Of a DNA stretch of 64,000 nucleotides, positions 13,313 through 24,379 are shown piece after piece. Made by a program: the position numbers and the translations under genes. The DNA comes from Eledone cirrhosa (taxonomy: Eukaryota). The stretch lies in NCBI GenBank assembly GCA_964016885.1, contig OZ024740.1:298282001-298346000 (forward strand), written 5' to 3'. The notes under the pieces were generated by a model, which worked only from the letters and a program-made list of their open reading frames with translations, was not told the origin of the DNA and made no database searches. The first letter of the stretch is position 1. Each line of letters begins with the position of its first letter.

Positions 13313-13998
13313 TGTTAGACGATCAATTTCTTAATTTGAAATAATTATGCCCTGCTCTTCTTGCGTAATACATCATTATCCTCATGTTACATCCATTTTC
13401 CACACTGTATTGGACGGGTTGTCATGGTCCGAAACCAGACAGGTTGTCATGAAGTATATGTAAATGTGTGACGTCCAAACGAATATCCTCCACCTCCAAC
13501 TAACTTGCCCTCCGCGGCTTGGTCCCAGCTGACAGGATCGAGAATACATTGCCTCGGAGGATGGCGAGGGAACACGCTGGAACAGCCACTCCACTTCGTG
13601 GGGCACGCACCTGCGGGCAGCCAACTCCACTCCGATAATAGTCAGATACATACAACACCGAAATAACAATAAAAAGTATAAAGATCCCATAACTCCTTGT
13701 GGAGTCGTAGAGGTACGGTCATACGGTGTGTCTTGGGCACTTTTAAACCTGGCGGTGCCCAACCCTCTCTAGGTCTAAGCACAGCAGATTTTTTTCTATA
13801 CAGGAAGAATCGACCTCAGTACTTTTTTATCGACTTCGAAAGGATGAAAGGCAATGTTGACCACGGCGGGATTTGAACTCAGAGCGCGCAATGAGTTGGG
13901 CCGAATACCTTAAAGCATTCTATCCGACGTCTTAACGACTCTGCCAATTCGCTGCCTTAAATAACAATAAACGATGATATTAAAACAACAGTAGTTAC

Positions 13999-14190
13999 CA
14001 GGGAAGCCTTTAAGAGTGCAGCTTCAATTTCTCCGTTCATCACAGACTGTCGAACTTCTTTCATATTGACTACGTTGTTAAAGAGTGCAAATGTAACATG
14101 AGATCCACCTTGTATGTTGACCGTGACAGCATTAGATAAGAGATCACCAGAATCGGTTGGAGATACGGACTTCACGTCCATATCAGCCAT
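13999..14190 (-). CDS. TPRKB: TPRKB/CGI-121 (KEOPS complex subunit) coding exon 1
   Basis: ATG at 14190. MADMDVKSVSPTDSGDLLSNAVTVNIQGGSHVTFALFNNVVNMKEVRQSVMNGEIEAALLKASL resembles the CGI-121 N-terminus (VTLLLFKDVKN...GTIDGSLI). GTAACT donor, phase 0. Confidence 0.9.
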
Positions 14191-14399
14191 GTGTGTTCTT
14201 ACATTAAACTGTTCCTTTGCAGCCACTGTTTAGTATTTACTATTGAACAAGTTGATTTCTTGGTAGTTTTTAAATATAATTGAATGGTTTATTTTTAAAT
14301 TAGAAAAATAATAACATTATTAAGAGACTGATGTTTTTTTTAAAGTTGGTACAATGCGGTAGAAAAATACGAAGAGCAAATGACAAATGAAACAAAACA

Positions 14400-14875
14400 A
14401 AACAACCCAGTGTATTGGAAAGGACTATAAATAATTACCCAGTGTATTGGAAAGGACTATAAATAACATAAATGAGAGGAACAAGAGGGGAAAAGTTAGA
14501 ACTACTAGACAAAAGAAGAAAGAAAGGGGTAATAGGAGAGAGTGACACTCTACACCTAGGTCAGAACGGTGTTTTGGTTGCGCACCCCGGACAAAATTGC
14601 AAAGGCATTTCTGCAAACAAAGGCCAGCGACACACGCTGCAACAGCCACCCCACCGCGTGGGCTTCTTCCTCTGACTGGATTTTACAGAGGAGGTCAGAT
14701 GTCCAGGGTTCGAGGACGCCTAAGGTCTCGACGGCGACCGGTGCAAAGAGGAAGAGGCCGAGCAAGCTCTGATATTTGTTTACCTTCTTGTCCTCTGCAT
14801 TGCGAGCCGATTCGTGGTTTATGGCCGACGTGACTAAGTTGAAGGCGGAGACCGTGGCACATCATGTTATGTCAG
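14400..14875 (-). mobile_element. CRE-like RLE retrotransposon 3' end immediately upstream of TPRKB
   Basis: F.PVAVETLG...WLLQRVSLAF..RNA motif. Ends in a 32-bp-period tandem repeat (14405-14466). Confidence 0.75.
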
Positions 14876-15182
14876 GGCTATTACTCTTTTTTCATATTAT
14901 TCTTTGGTGATTGTCTATTCTTGAATAATAACATTGTATGTAAACAGAAAACAACACAGGTTAAATTGTAAGATATTTAGTTGTTTCAAAAACAATAGAT
15001 TAGGTAATGTTGAGGAAAATAGTAATACGGTATCAATAATATAAATATACAACTACGTATACTCAGTAATAGGTTTATGTACCTATCTATATTCACTCAA
15101 GCATTCATATATACAGTTACATATAACATTAATGTGCATTTCGTCAGTCTCACTTATTAAAATAGAATGGGTATTATTATAA

Positions 15183-15748
15183 AACACCCCACTCGATTTC
15201 AGTGGGGAAAAATTTATTTCCTCGTATTATAATTGCTGGCCTTGTGCCTAAAGTAGAAACAATTATTATTTTTTTTTTTTTTTCGTGTGCTGTCAACTTT
15301 TTTCCTGGAGAATGGAGGAGGTGGGTGCCCCACCCCCTCCCCCTCCTCGGAGTTTTCCCTATGATTTGTTTTGTTATCAACGAATATGACCTCTAAACCA
15401 GTCAGAAACGACTAGATTTGTAGAAAAAGTTGGGTGAAAGCATCTCGGATTACGGTTAGGTTTGGGGTTTCCGTTTTCCGGGAAAAGAGTCAATTGCATG
15501 TATCTAAGTGATAAAAAAACACAAACAAGGAAAGATAATTATTTCCCACCAATGTGGAGATCTGCGAAACTCCGATAGTCTTCGCCCCCTTTCACCCTAC
15601 TTTTTCTACAAATCTAGTCGTTTCCGACTGGTTTGGAGGTCGTATACGTTAATAACACGCATTTTGGAGGTTAGATTAGCTGATAACACACGAAAAAAAC
15701 AAAAAGAATGAGGAAAAATGTTTTCCCACTGAAATCAAGTGGGGTGTT
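15183..15748. mobile_element. Unclassified non-autonomous TIR element
   Basis: AACACCCCACTCGATTTCAGTGGG... at the left and ...CCCACTGAAATCAAGTGGGGTGTT at the right form about 40-bp imperfect inverted repeats in TA-rich flanks. Confidence 0.6.
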
Positions 15749-16299
15749 ATATAAATCTACCAATGTTTTACGCAGTCTCAATTCAAATAATTAAAGCACA
15801 AACTGAACTAACTGCTAACATTAATGTAATTCATTAATTCGAGGTTGACTTTGCCTTTCATCCTTACGGGATCGATAAAATAAAGTACCAGTAATGCACT
15901 GCGTAATTGATGGCCTTGTGCCTAAAGTAGAAACAATTATTTATTCAAAGTAATCCAAATTATTTTACAAACGGGATAAAAAAAAAATAAACCGTACACA
16001 ATCCCGCAGACCTTCCTTTATTAACAACTTTTTCGAATAGTTTTTCTCTTCTAGGTTCAGCAAAAAGTTAAGGAGTTTCCATATTAATATTATTCTAATT
16101 CAACAGCCAGGACGTGCAAAATATGTCCGGCTAAGAACAATCTACGTCCCTTTACTTTCAAATTCAAATTCTCATATTTTCAGGGTTGATAAAATGAAGA
16201 ATCAGTCGAATAATAATAGAGTTGGTTTCATCTCTCGTCAACAAACATTGAAAATAAAGTACACAAAAAAATGACGCAAAAGAAAAAATATTAATCATG

Positions 16300-16373
16300 T
16301 GGCCAGTATGGGGCTCGAACCCACGACATTCGCGTTATTAGCACGACGCTCTAACCAACTGAGCTAACCGGCC
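16300..16373 (-). tRNA. tRNA-Ile(AAU)
   Basis: GGCCGGT TA GCTC AGTTGGTTA GAGC G TCGTG CT AAT AA CGCGA ATGTC GTGGG TTCGAGC CCCAT ACTGGCC A folds into a full cloverleaf with A/B boxes. T-run terminator just downstream. Confidence 0.95.
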
Positions 16374-16909
16374 AAGACATGAATCTCGTATAAAATATTT
16401 ATATTTAAAGGAAAGGTTCTTAAAATTCGTTTCGTTGTATTTTAGAATGTTTAATCTGATTTTTTAATAATAGATTCTAGTTAAATATTTATTTCCTGCC
16501 TCTTTCACTTCGTTTTTAATAATTATACTACAGAGTGTATATCATTCGTCAATATTCCTCTTTGCTTTAATGCACTGAAAATACTATCTTACACAACGAA
16601 CCAGCGTTTGGCCTGTTAAATGTAGCAGCTAAACTATATTTTACCCATAGAAAAGGTAAAAAGAAAGCAAATTCGATAATCGTCGTCCTCGATACACTTT
16701 GCTTGAATAACAGCCGAAACAATCAATGGCTTGAATAGTTTTCATCGTAGGTCGGTTAGATAAAGGCTGATATTGGGCTAAACAACAGTATCTCACACTG
16801 CCTATTTATACCACTTATCTTAATGCCAACCGTGGTGATCTCGAATTATGACGTATCGTTTTTTTTTTTTACAAGGTAGTTTGCATTTTCCCTTAGTAAT
16901 TTACTAGCT

Positions 16910-18150
16910 ATTTTTTCCAGCCTGTGGTGGAGCTGGGTCGCTGACAGCGAAGTTCTTGTCGTTTATGGCTCGCCTTACCGAGGTATCTGTTGATGATCGT
17001 GAGGGTGCCTGGTTGTTTTAGTACCTTAGCCTCGCCATCACCCGCGGTTATGTTGCGAGCGTGTTGGCTTGCCTCAACATTTTCCGTTGATCCTTATGAT
17101 GTGGTGGGCGGCCGATTGTCGCACTTGGTGCTGAATTGATGGTTGTTGTTTTTTTCACGCTTTGATCATGTATTTTTGTGCATTATATTTGTGAGGCTCC
17201 TAGCAATAATTAATTGTATTTATTATATGTTTATATTTTCATTCTGTAAAAATTATAAACAATTTGTAATATTATTTATACAACTGTGAATAGAAAAAAA
17301 TTGAAATATTCCATGTTTGCTAGCTTCCGCTTTCGTTGGTATTTCTCCCGATCTTTGGCTTTGTTTGTCAAGTACAGATAATTATTTCTTTATTTCATAT
17401 ATTTAATGTTCTACTGTCCAAAAGTTCTTACTACACGAGAACAATATTTTCCCCATTTGTTGAAAATTATTATTGCTATAACAATATTGACTTTCAGAAT
17501 GAAAATATAAACACATATAATAAATACAATTAACTGTTGCTGCGAACCTTATAAATGCAATGCACTAAAATATACGATCAAAGCGAGAGAAAGAAAAAAA
17601 AGGGGGGGGGGGGCAAAAACGCCCATCAATTCACCATCAAGTGCAACAATCGACCGCCCACCATAAGTGTCAACGGAAATTTTTGAGAGCTAACACGCCT
17701 GTAGCATAACCGCGGGTAGTGGTGAGGCTAAGGCGCTGAAACAACCAGGCACCCTCGCGGGCATCACTAGATACCTCGGTATCTAGTGATGCTAACGATG
17801 ACAACAACTTCGCTGTCAGCGGCCCAAGTTCACCAAACGTCTCGATCTCCACAGGCTGGAAAAAATAATTGTTTGATAGTTTCCGGTATTTTGGGATTTT
17901 ATTAATGCTGCGAGTATGTTGGCTTGCCTCAAAATATTCCGTTGACCCTTGTGATGTGCGGCCGATTGTCGCACTTGGTGGTGAATTGATGGTCGCTTTT
18001 GTTTGTTTCCTTCTTTTAATTATTTCAAAAGCTTTGATCGTACATGTTGGTACGTTGTATTAGTAGGTTCTTAGCAATACTTAATCGTATTTACTATGTG
18101 TTTATATTTGTGAGCAATTTGTAATGTTATCTATACAACTGTAAATGAAA
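16910..18150. mobile_element. Three CRE-like 3' ends in alternating orientation (+ 16910-17295, - 17520-17905, + 17905-18150)
   Basis: Each carries all or part of the REGAWLFQ.LSLA..RG.A-coding segment and the same 3'UTR (CCGATTGTCGCACTTGGTGGTGAATTGATG). Confidence 0.8.
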
Positions 18151-18402
18151 TAAAAGATTCTAGACTAAAAAAATGTTAACTTGAAGTGCAATTACGTAAT
18201 GATTTGATTTAAATTCTTATAAAAGAAAGTTAGAGCTGGCATAACTCAAAGGAATGCTCGAGTTTTGAAAACGGTACGGTATACTTCAGGATCGCCTCCA
18301 GATCATCCAAGTCGGTTTATTTGAATTATTCTATCATTCTATTACGTGTTCCAGCTGATAGGCTGAGGCCATGCTGGGGCTTATTAACTAATAAAAAATA
18401 TG

Positions 18403-18476
18403 TGGCCAGTGTAGGGCTTGACCCTCGCCATTCGCGTTATTAGCACAACGCTCTAACCATACTGAGCCAACAGATC
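18403..18476 (-). pseudogene. Degenerate tRNA-Ile(AAU) copy
   Basis: Clear similarity to the 16300 gene with the AAT anticodon loop retained. T-arm/B-box and acceptor stem are disrupted. Confidence 0.8.
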
Positions 18477-19300
18477 AAGTTAGTACTTAATCGAAACTAC
18501 GGACTTTTCAAGCGGCCAGGAAGCGAATATCATTTACATATGGTCCTGTACTCTACAAAGTAAGGTGTACTAGGTGTATCTTATCGTGGCATCAGTACTA
18601 GGGAAGTTGTTATATCTTTGTCACAACTGAAGAATCGCCTCGATCGTTTGTTTAGCACGTTTTCTATCAGCAACCTTTTAACAGAGTGAATTGGATGTGT
18701 TTTATCATGGCACCAACTCTAGTCAGGGTGTTGTGCCCTTGACATAACTAAAGAGTCATTTCGACTCTTCTTTGACATGGCTTCTACAGTTGAATGCCCT
18801 TTCTAACACTAACCCTTTTTACAGAGTGTACTGAGTCTGTTTTATCGTGGCACTATCATCAGCGAGGTTGTCAGTTATTGACTCAACTGGAGAGCCTTCT
18901 CAACCCTATCTGTGGGAGCGAGGGGGGACTTGTGAGGAATAGGATGGAGTAAGAAGATGATAAGTATGATGTTATGGGTGAGTACAATAAGCGAGAAGGG
19001 AAGGAAGAATAACAAGACGGGTGTCAGTCATATCTGTATGAAAAGTGTGTTAGGGTTTAAAAGGGGTGATGTGAGATAGAAAGGGGCGAGAAAGTATGAC
19101 AAGTGTGGTAGGATTTGACAGGGTGATGTGAAAGAGGAAGTTAGTGACTAGAAGGAACCCACAGCTAGTGATCTATGCAAACGACTGTGGTTACAGTCAT
19201 TTTCTGCATTTGGGATTCCTACATTTTCTAAGCATTGCAAAACTATCGAACGCTCCGATAGTTTTTATTGAGATGTTACATCCATATTGTTGTCGTCAGA

Positions 19301-19374
19301 GGTTGTTTAGCTCAATGGTTAAAGAATTCATCTGAAATTTGAGAGATACGGAGTTCGATTCTCCATAGCAGCTG
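19301..19374 (+). pseudogene. Degenerate tRNA-like sequence (GAA in the anticodon position)
   Basis: TAGCTCAATGG A-box, GGAGTTCGATTCTCC T-arm/B-box and a downstream TTTTT. D and anticodon stems are mismatched. Confidence 0.5.
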
Positions 19375-19664
19375 TTGACCACTTTTTCCCGCCCATAAGG
19401 GTATTTAATTCAATTTTCTAAGCTATTGTTTATAGCAATCGACTGTAGTTGCGGTTATTTTCTACATTTAGGATTACTACATTTTCTAAGAAATATTACC
19501 TTTTTTGTACTGTATTAATGACTCCCCTCGTACAAAAGAGTAAACCATATCTGATTTTATCTCCGATTGTAGAGTGAAGATGGGAAGAGCTACTAAAGAG
19601 CTATGATTTGTGAGTTGAGATTTAACAAGGTGGAAGTGATCCTGGATAGCGTATGCGGTACAGT

Positions 19665-19951
19665 CTAAGTCGAAAGTCTGTCTTCAGCCAGAAGGCTTAT
19701 TTGGCTGGTGCTTATCCCGGTTCCATGGCGTGAAGCGACTGAGTGTACAAGACTCCCTCCTGGACAGGACCCTAGTCCATCGCAGGGTTAAACCCCCAGC
19801 TATTGCTAATACTCATTTTCAGCTGAGTATACTGGAGCAACGTGAAATGAAGTGCTTTGCTGACGAACACAATACGCAACTCATGAATCGAACCCACAAC
19901 GTTATGATCGTCAGTCCAACACCCTTACCACTAGGCCACGTGCCTCCACTG
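19665..19951 (-). mobile_element. Second tRNA-derived SINE family, full-length (copies 7725-7970, 55730-55910, 57030-57290, 60990-61230)
   Basis: GTGGCCTAGTGGTAAGGG...GGTTCGATTC head; 11-bp TSD TGCGGTACAGT (19654-19664, 19952-19962). Confidence 0.8.
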
Positions 19952-20420
19952 TGCGGTACAGTGATGGCGAGAATAGTTACTGGGGAGTGAAGGTAGAAGG
20001 GAGGTAGTGGCAAAGCACTGTTCCCGTACTGTACTGAAAACCTTTAATGTATTTCGGTCTCTGATTTAGGCTACAGGGGAAAAAATAGATTACTGAATGC
20101 TGCCATTCTTTGGAGCAAACAGAATGTGACACAGCTATGGTTAATGTATAATGACAACTTAATTGACGTCTCAAGGCCACACTTGCACAGTAGTTAGTGA
20201 CTAGAATGAGACCACAGCTAGTGATCCATGCATAACTAATTTTCCCACCAATAGGATAAACATTATAAATGTACTGCTTGTAATTAATGACTAGCCTTCG
20301 TAGGAAAAAAAAAATTAAGTTATATAGTCTATGCATTTCCATTTTTATACAAGTATATCTACATTCAATTCCCACCCATCTACAATTTCATTACATAATC
20401 ATTTTTTAATCATATTTATC

Positions 20421-20860
20421 ACTAGCTGAGGTATCCCCGCTTCGCCCGGGAGAACAGAGAAAACGACTGCATTGGATGTGGTGTTTGGTATGAGGTGAGA
20501 CCGTAATGTGTGAGTGTATGTGTATGTGTGAGAGAGACATAAAAAAAACAGGTGCAAACTAAATTCCCAGCAGAAACATTTGGCAATTGTGTGTGGGGTG
20601 TATATGTATGTGTGTGTGTGTGTGTTGTGGTGTATATGAGTGTGTGTTTGTGTGGTGTATGTGTGGGTGCGTGTGTGTGGGGGGGGGGGGATATGCACGT
20701 GTGTGTAGAGAGAGGACCTGTGGGAAGTTGTAAACTACCAATTAAATAGTAGTATTGACCTTGGATTTTAAATGTGAAATAACCATAGTCAGTATGATCT
20801 TTTTCAGCTCCAAAGGACGTCATCTGAAACACCGCAATATACTGCATAACACTGCTTCTG
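20421..20860 (-). mobile_element. Helitron relic (related internal segment duplicated at 21738-21950)
   Basis: FQMTSFGA...TFKIQGQ.Y..IGSL helitron Rep/helicase N-terminal motif. ACTAG...CCCCGCTTCGCCCGGG terminal structure at 20421. Confidence 0.75.
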
Positions 20861-23800
20861 AAGTGTTGCTTTGTTAGTAAAGTCTGTAAGTAGTATATGG
20901 ATAAAAGTTGGAGGGTAGATCAATTTCAAATAGTATCAATTTTTCTTTGTTCGGTAAAATTAAAGATTGTAAAACGACTTTATAAAAGCTAACGCAATAT
21001 TGTTAAACCTTCCTATAGATCAAAGGATCTATAGTTTACGCCGTTTCTAGACTTTCGTGGGACGTTACTCTCTCTCTCTGAACATCTAACACTTTAATTG
21101 TATCTCTCTCTGTATAACGGCCTTTCTCTCTCTCTCCCTCTGTGTATGTCTCTCTCTCTTTAGATGTGTGTGTGTGTATTAGCAAAATTAAATAAGAGGA
21201 GGTCTTGGAATATGACCGGGGAAGGGACGATTATTCGAGACCCGAGGGTACAAGAGGAGAATCTGCTAGACTGATCTGGGCGGATCTAGAGGGCTGAAAC
21301 TTTATAAAACACTCTAGCTTGTCATCTGTGTCACCGCATGTTCCATGCAAGAATTGCTCTCCTCGGTCATCAACGTCATCCTATCATCATACTCTTGGGT
21401 CCCAAATAAAAAATGGAGGGGTAAGTGGGGAGGGAGAATAAACGGGTGTTGGGGTTGGAAAATCGGTAGTTTTTCTAGGTTGTCTCCATTGATTTTTAAA
21501 AAAACCAGAAATAGTCATTTAGTTTACATATTGAGACCCCATCCCATCCTATTTACTTTCTAACGTATGGGATTTCTAGTAATGTACTTTTTTTTTGCCT
21601 TGTATAATGTTTTTAAATGTATAAATAAAAATTTCGACGGAGATAAATTAGCAAAATTTTAATAAACGTGGGGAAGGGGGGGGGGGGATAAGAGTAGGTG
21701 GGGGTCGATTATTTGAGACCCGATAGTAGCTAGTCACACAGGTGGAAACTAAATTCCAAGAAGAAACATTTGGCAATTTTGTGTGGGGTGTATGTGTATG
21801 TGTATGTGTGTTGTGGTGTATATGAGTGTGTGTTTGTGTGGTGTGTGTGTCTGTTTGTGTGCGTGATGTGTGTGTGTGTGTGTGTCGTGTGGGTGCGTGT
21901 GTGTTGGGAGGGGGGTATGCACGTGTGTGTAGAGAGAGGACCTGTGTGAAGTTGTCCTTCCTTGCCTAATGCACAAAATTGTCTGGCACAAGTCCTGAAA
22001 TCACGTAAGTTTGAATAGCTTAGAGATGTCTTGGTTCCGTGGTTGAGAAGAAATGTCTGCTTGTTCTACCCAAGGAAATTATGAACGGACATTTTGTTAC
22101 CGGATTATACACACGGGACGGATTATGTCTTTAGTAATGTAATGGAGAGTCACAGAATTTTAAAGAAATAGAGAGAAACTGACGTCTAAAAGTGTATCTC
22201 TCGCTTCCAGCTAACTTACCCTTCCGCCTCTGGGTCCCGGCCGACAGGATGGAAAATACAATCTCTCGGATGACGGCGAAAGAGACGCATTGAAACAAGA
22301 ATAAAAAGGATAAAGATCCCATAACTCCTTGTGGAGTCGTAGAGGTACGGTCATACGGCGTGTCTAGGGTACTTTAAAACCTGGTGGAGCCCAACCCTCT
22401 CCAGGTTTGGCCACAGCCGATTTTTTCTATACAGGAATAATCGACCCCAGTACTGAACTGGTACTTTTTTATCGACCTCGAAAGGATGAAAGGCAATGTT
22501 GACCACGGCGGGATTTGAACTCAGAACGTTCCATGAGTTGGGCCGAATACCTTAAAGTATTCTATCCGACGTCTTAACGACTCTGCCAATTCGCCGATGG
22601 ATACAAGAATACGAAAAGCAAATACAGTTCAGAATTTCACTTTTATTATTGTCATTATTATTATTCACAAATTAGCGATTGTCTGAAAACACAATAATTG
22701 TTTGAAATACAATAATTAGGCATAAATCAGCAAATTTTTGGGGAAGGGCAAAATTGATTAAAACAAATCCAGTACTTGACAAAGTTGACTTTGGCGGGAT
22801 TTGAACTCAGAACATAAAGAATAAGAACAGCTACCACAATCCACCACTCTGAAATAGAATACTCTCGGGTCCCAAATAATAAGGGGAATTAGAATAAGCG
22901 GAGTTGGGGTAGAAGATTGATAATTTTTCTAGGTTGTCTCCGTTGATTTTATTTAAAAACCAGAATTAGTCGTTTAGTTTACATTTTGAGACCCCGACCC
23001 ATCTTATTTTATAATGTGTGAGATTTCTTGTAATGTTCTTTTTTTGTCATATATAATGTTTTTTAATATTTAAAGAAAATTTATTGTCGTGAGAATGTTA
23101 TCACTTAAAATAAAATTTCGCCGGAGATAGGTTAGCAGAATTTAATATGCGGGTGGGTTGACAAAAATCTGAAAAATGAATAAGCGGCGTGGGGAAGATT
23201 ATTCGAGACTCGAGATTAATAATATGAAAAAGAAAATACGGGATAATAATATACAAAATGTTAAAGCAAGTTCATTAATAATATAGCAACCCCCAGTTTG
23301 AGCCTGGTACTTTTTTTCATCGATCTCGAAAGGATGGAAGTTAAAGTTGACCTCGGCGGGATTTGAACAAAGAGAGCAGAGAGCCGGAACAAATACCACA
23401 AAGTAATGTATCCGACGTTGTAATGACCCGGCCAAATTCTCTGCCTCTGATACTGAATTTCTTTTTTTCTCTCTCTTAATCCCATAACTCATGGGGGAAT
23501 CGTAGAGGAACTATATTGATATAGGGCATTTTAAAACCTGGCGGAACCTCTCTATGTCTAAAAACAGCAGATTTCTTCGTGAGAAAGATATAGAGTGAGA
23601 CAAAAAGAAAGTAAGAAAGAGATATAGAGGAAGAATCGATCTCAGTACTAGACTGGTACTTTTTCATCGACCTCGAATGGGTGAAAGGCAAAATGGACCT
23701 CGGCGGGATCTGAACTCAGGGAACAAAGAGCTGAAACGAATATCAGAAAGCATTCTATCCGACGTTCTAACGACTCTGTGATTCGTCGACTATGATACTG

Positions 23801-24379
23801 AATATAACCCAATGATTAAGCAGTGGTGGTGAAACTGGGTGGTGAGGCCAGGAAGGGGCATGCCCACCACCACCACCAACACTGCTAATAGTTATATTTT
23901 TCTGCCCCAACTACCAAAACATATATCTATTTGTATATACGCTACAATTTATATACATGTTATGTTTATCGCATATCAAATTTTTTTTTATATCTTGGTT
24001 GATATTTGATAACAGTGTAATATATTATGTTAACTTCCATGGTAAATTTTTTTGTCATATCATAACTTTTTCTCCACATATCACTTTGCCAATTGCTAGT
24101 ATGTGTCTTCAGAGACAGATTTCATAGGTCGTTTATAATTATTGCAAGTTGTAAATGGTCTCAAATTGCATTTTCTGACCATTTTAGAGTGCAAAGAGCT
24201 AAACTAATCACTACAACTAAATTGACCAATACTGCCAATCCACAATGTGTTGTAAATAGAAGACAGAACACAAACGAATTTGACATTTGAATGGTCATGA
24301 CTTCGACATAAATGTATCTCACTTTATTCCAGCGCTTATTTATTTATTTATTTATCTATTGGCATGACTATGTATGGAA

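Noticed and set aside
14191-14226. GTG-initiated N-terminal extension of the TPRKB ORF in the track
   Set aside because: Eukaryotic gene. The first in-frame ATG is at 14190.
19301-19374. Functional tRNA-Phe(GAA)
   Set aside because: D and anticodon stems are broken. Treated as a tRNA-derived repeat.
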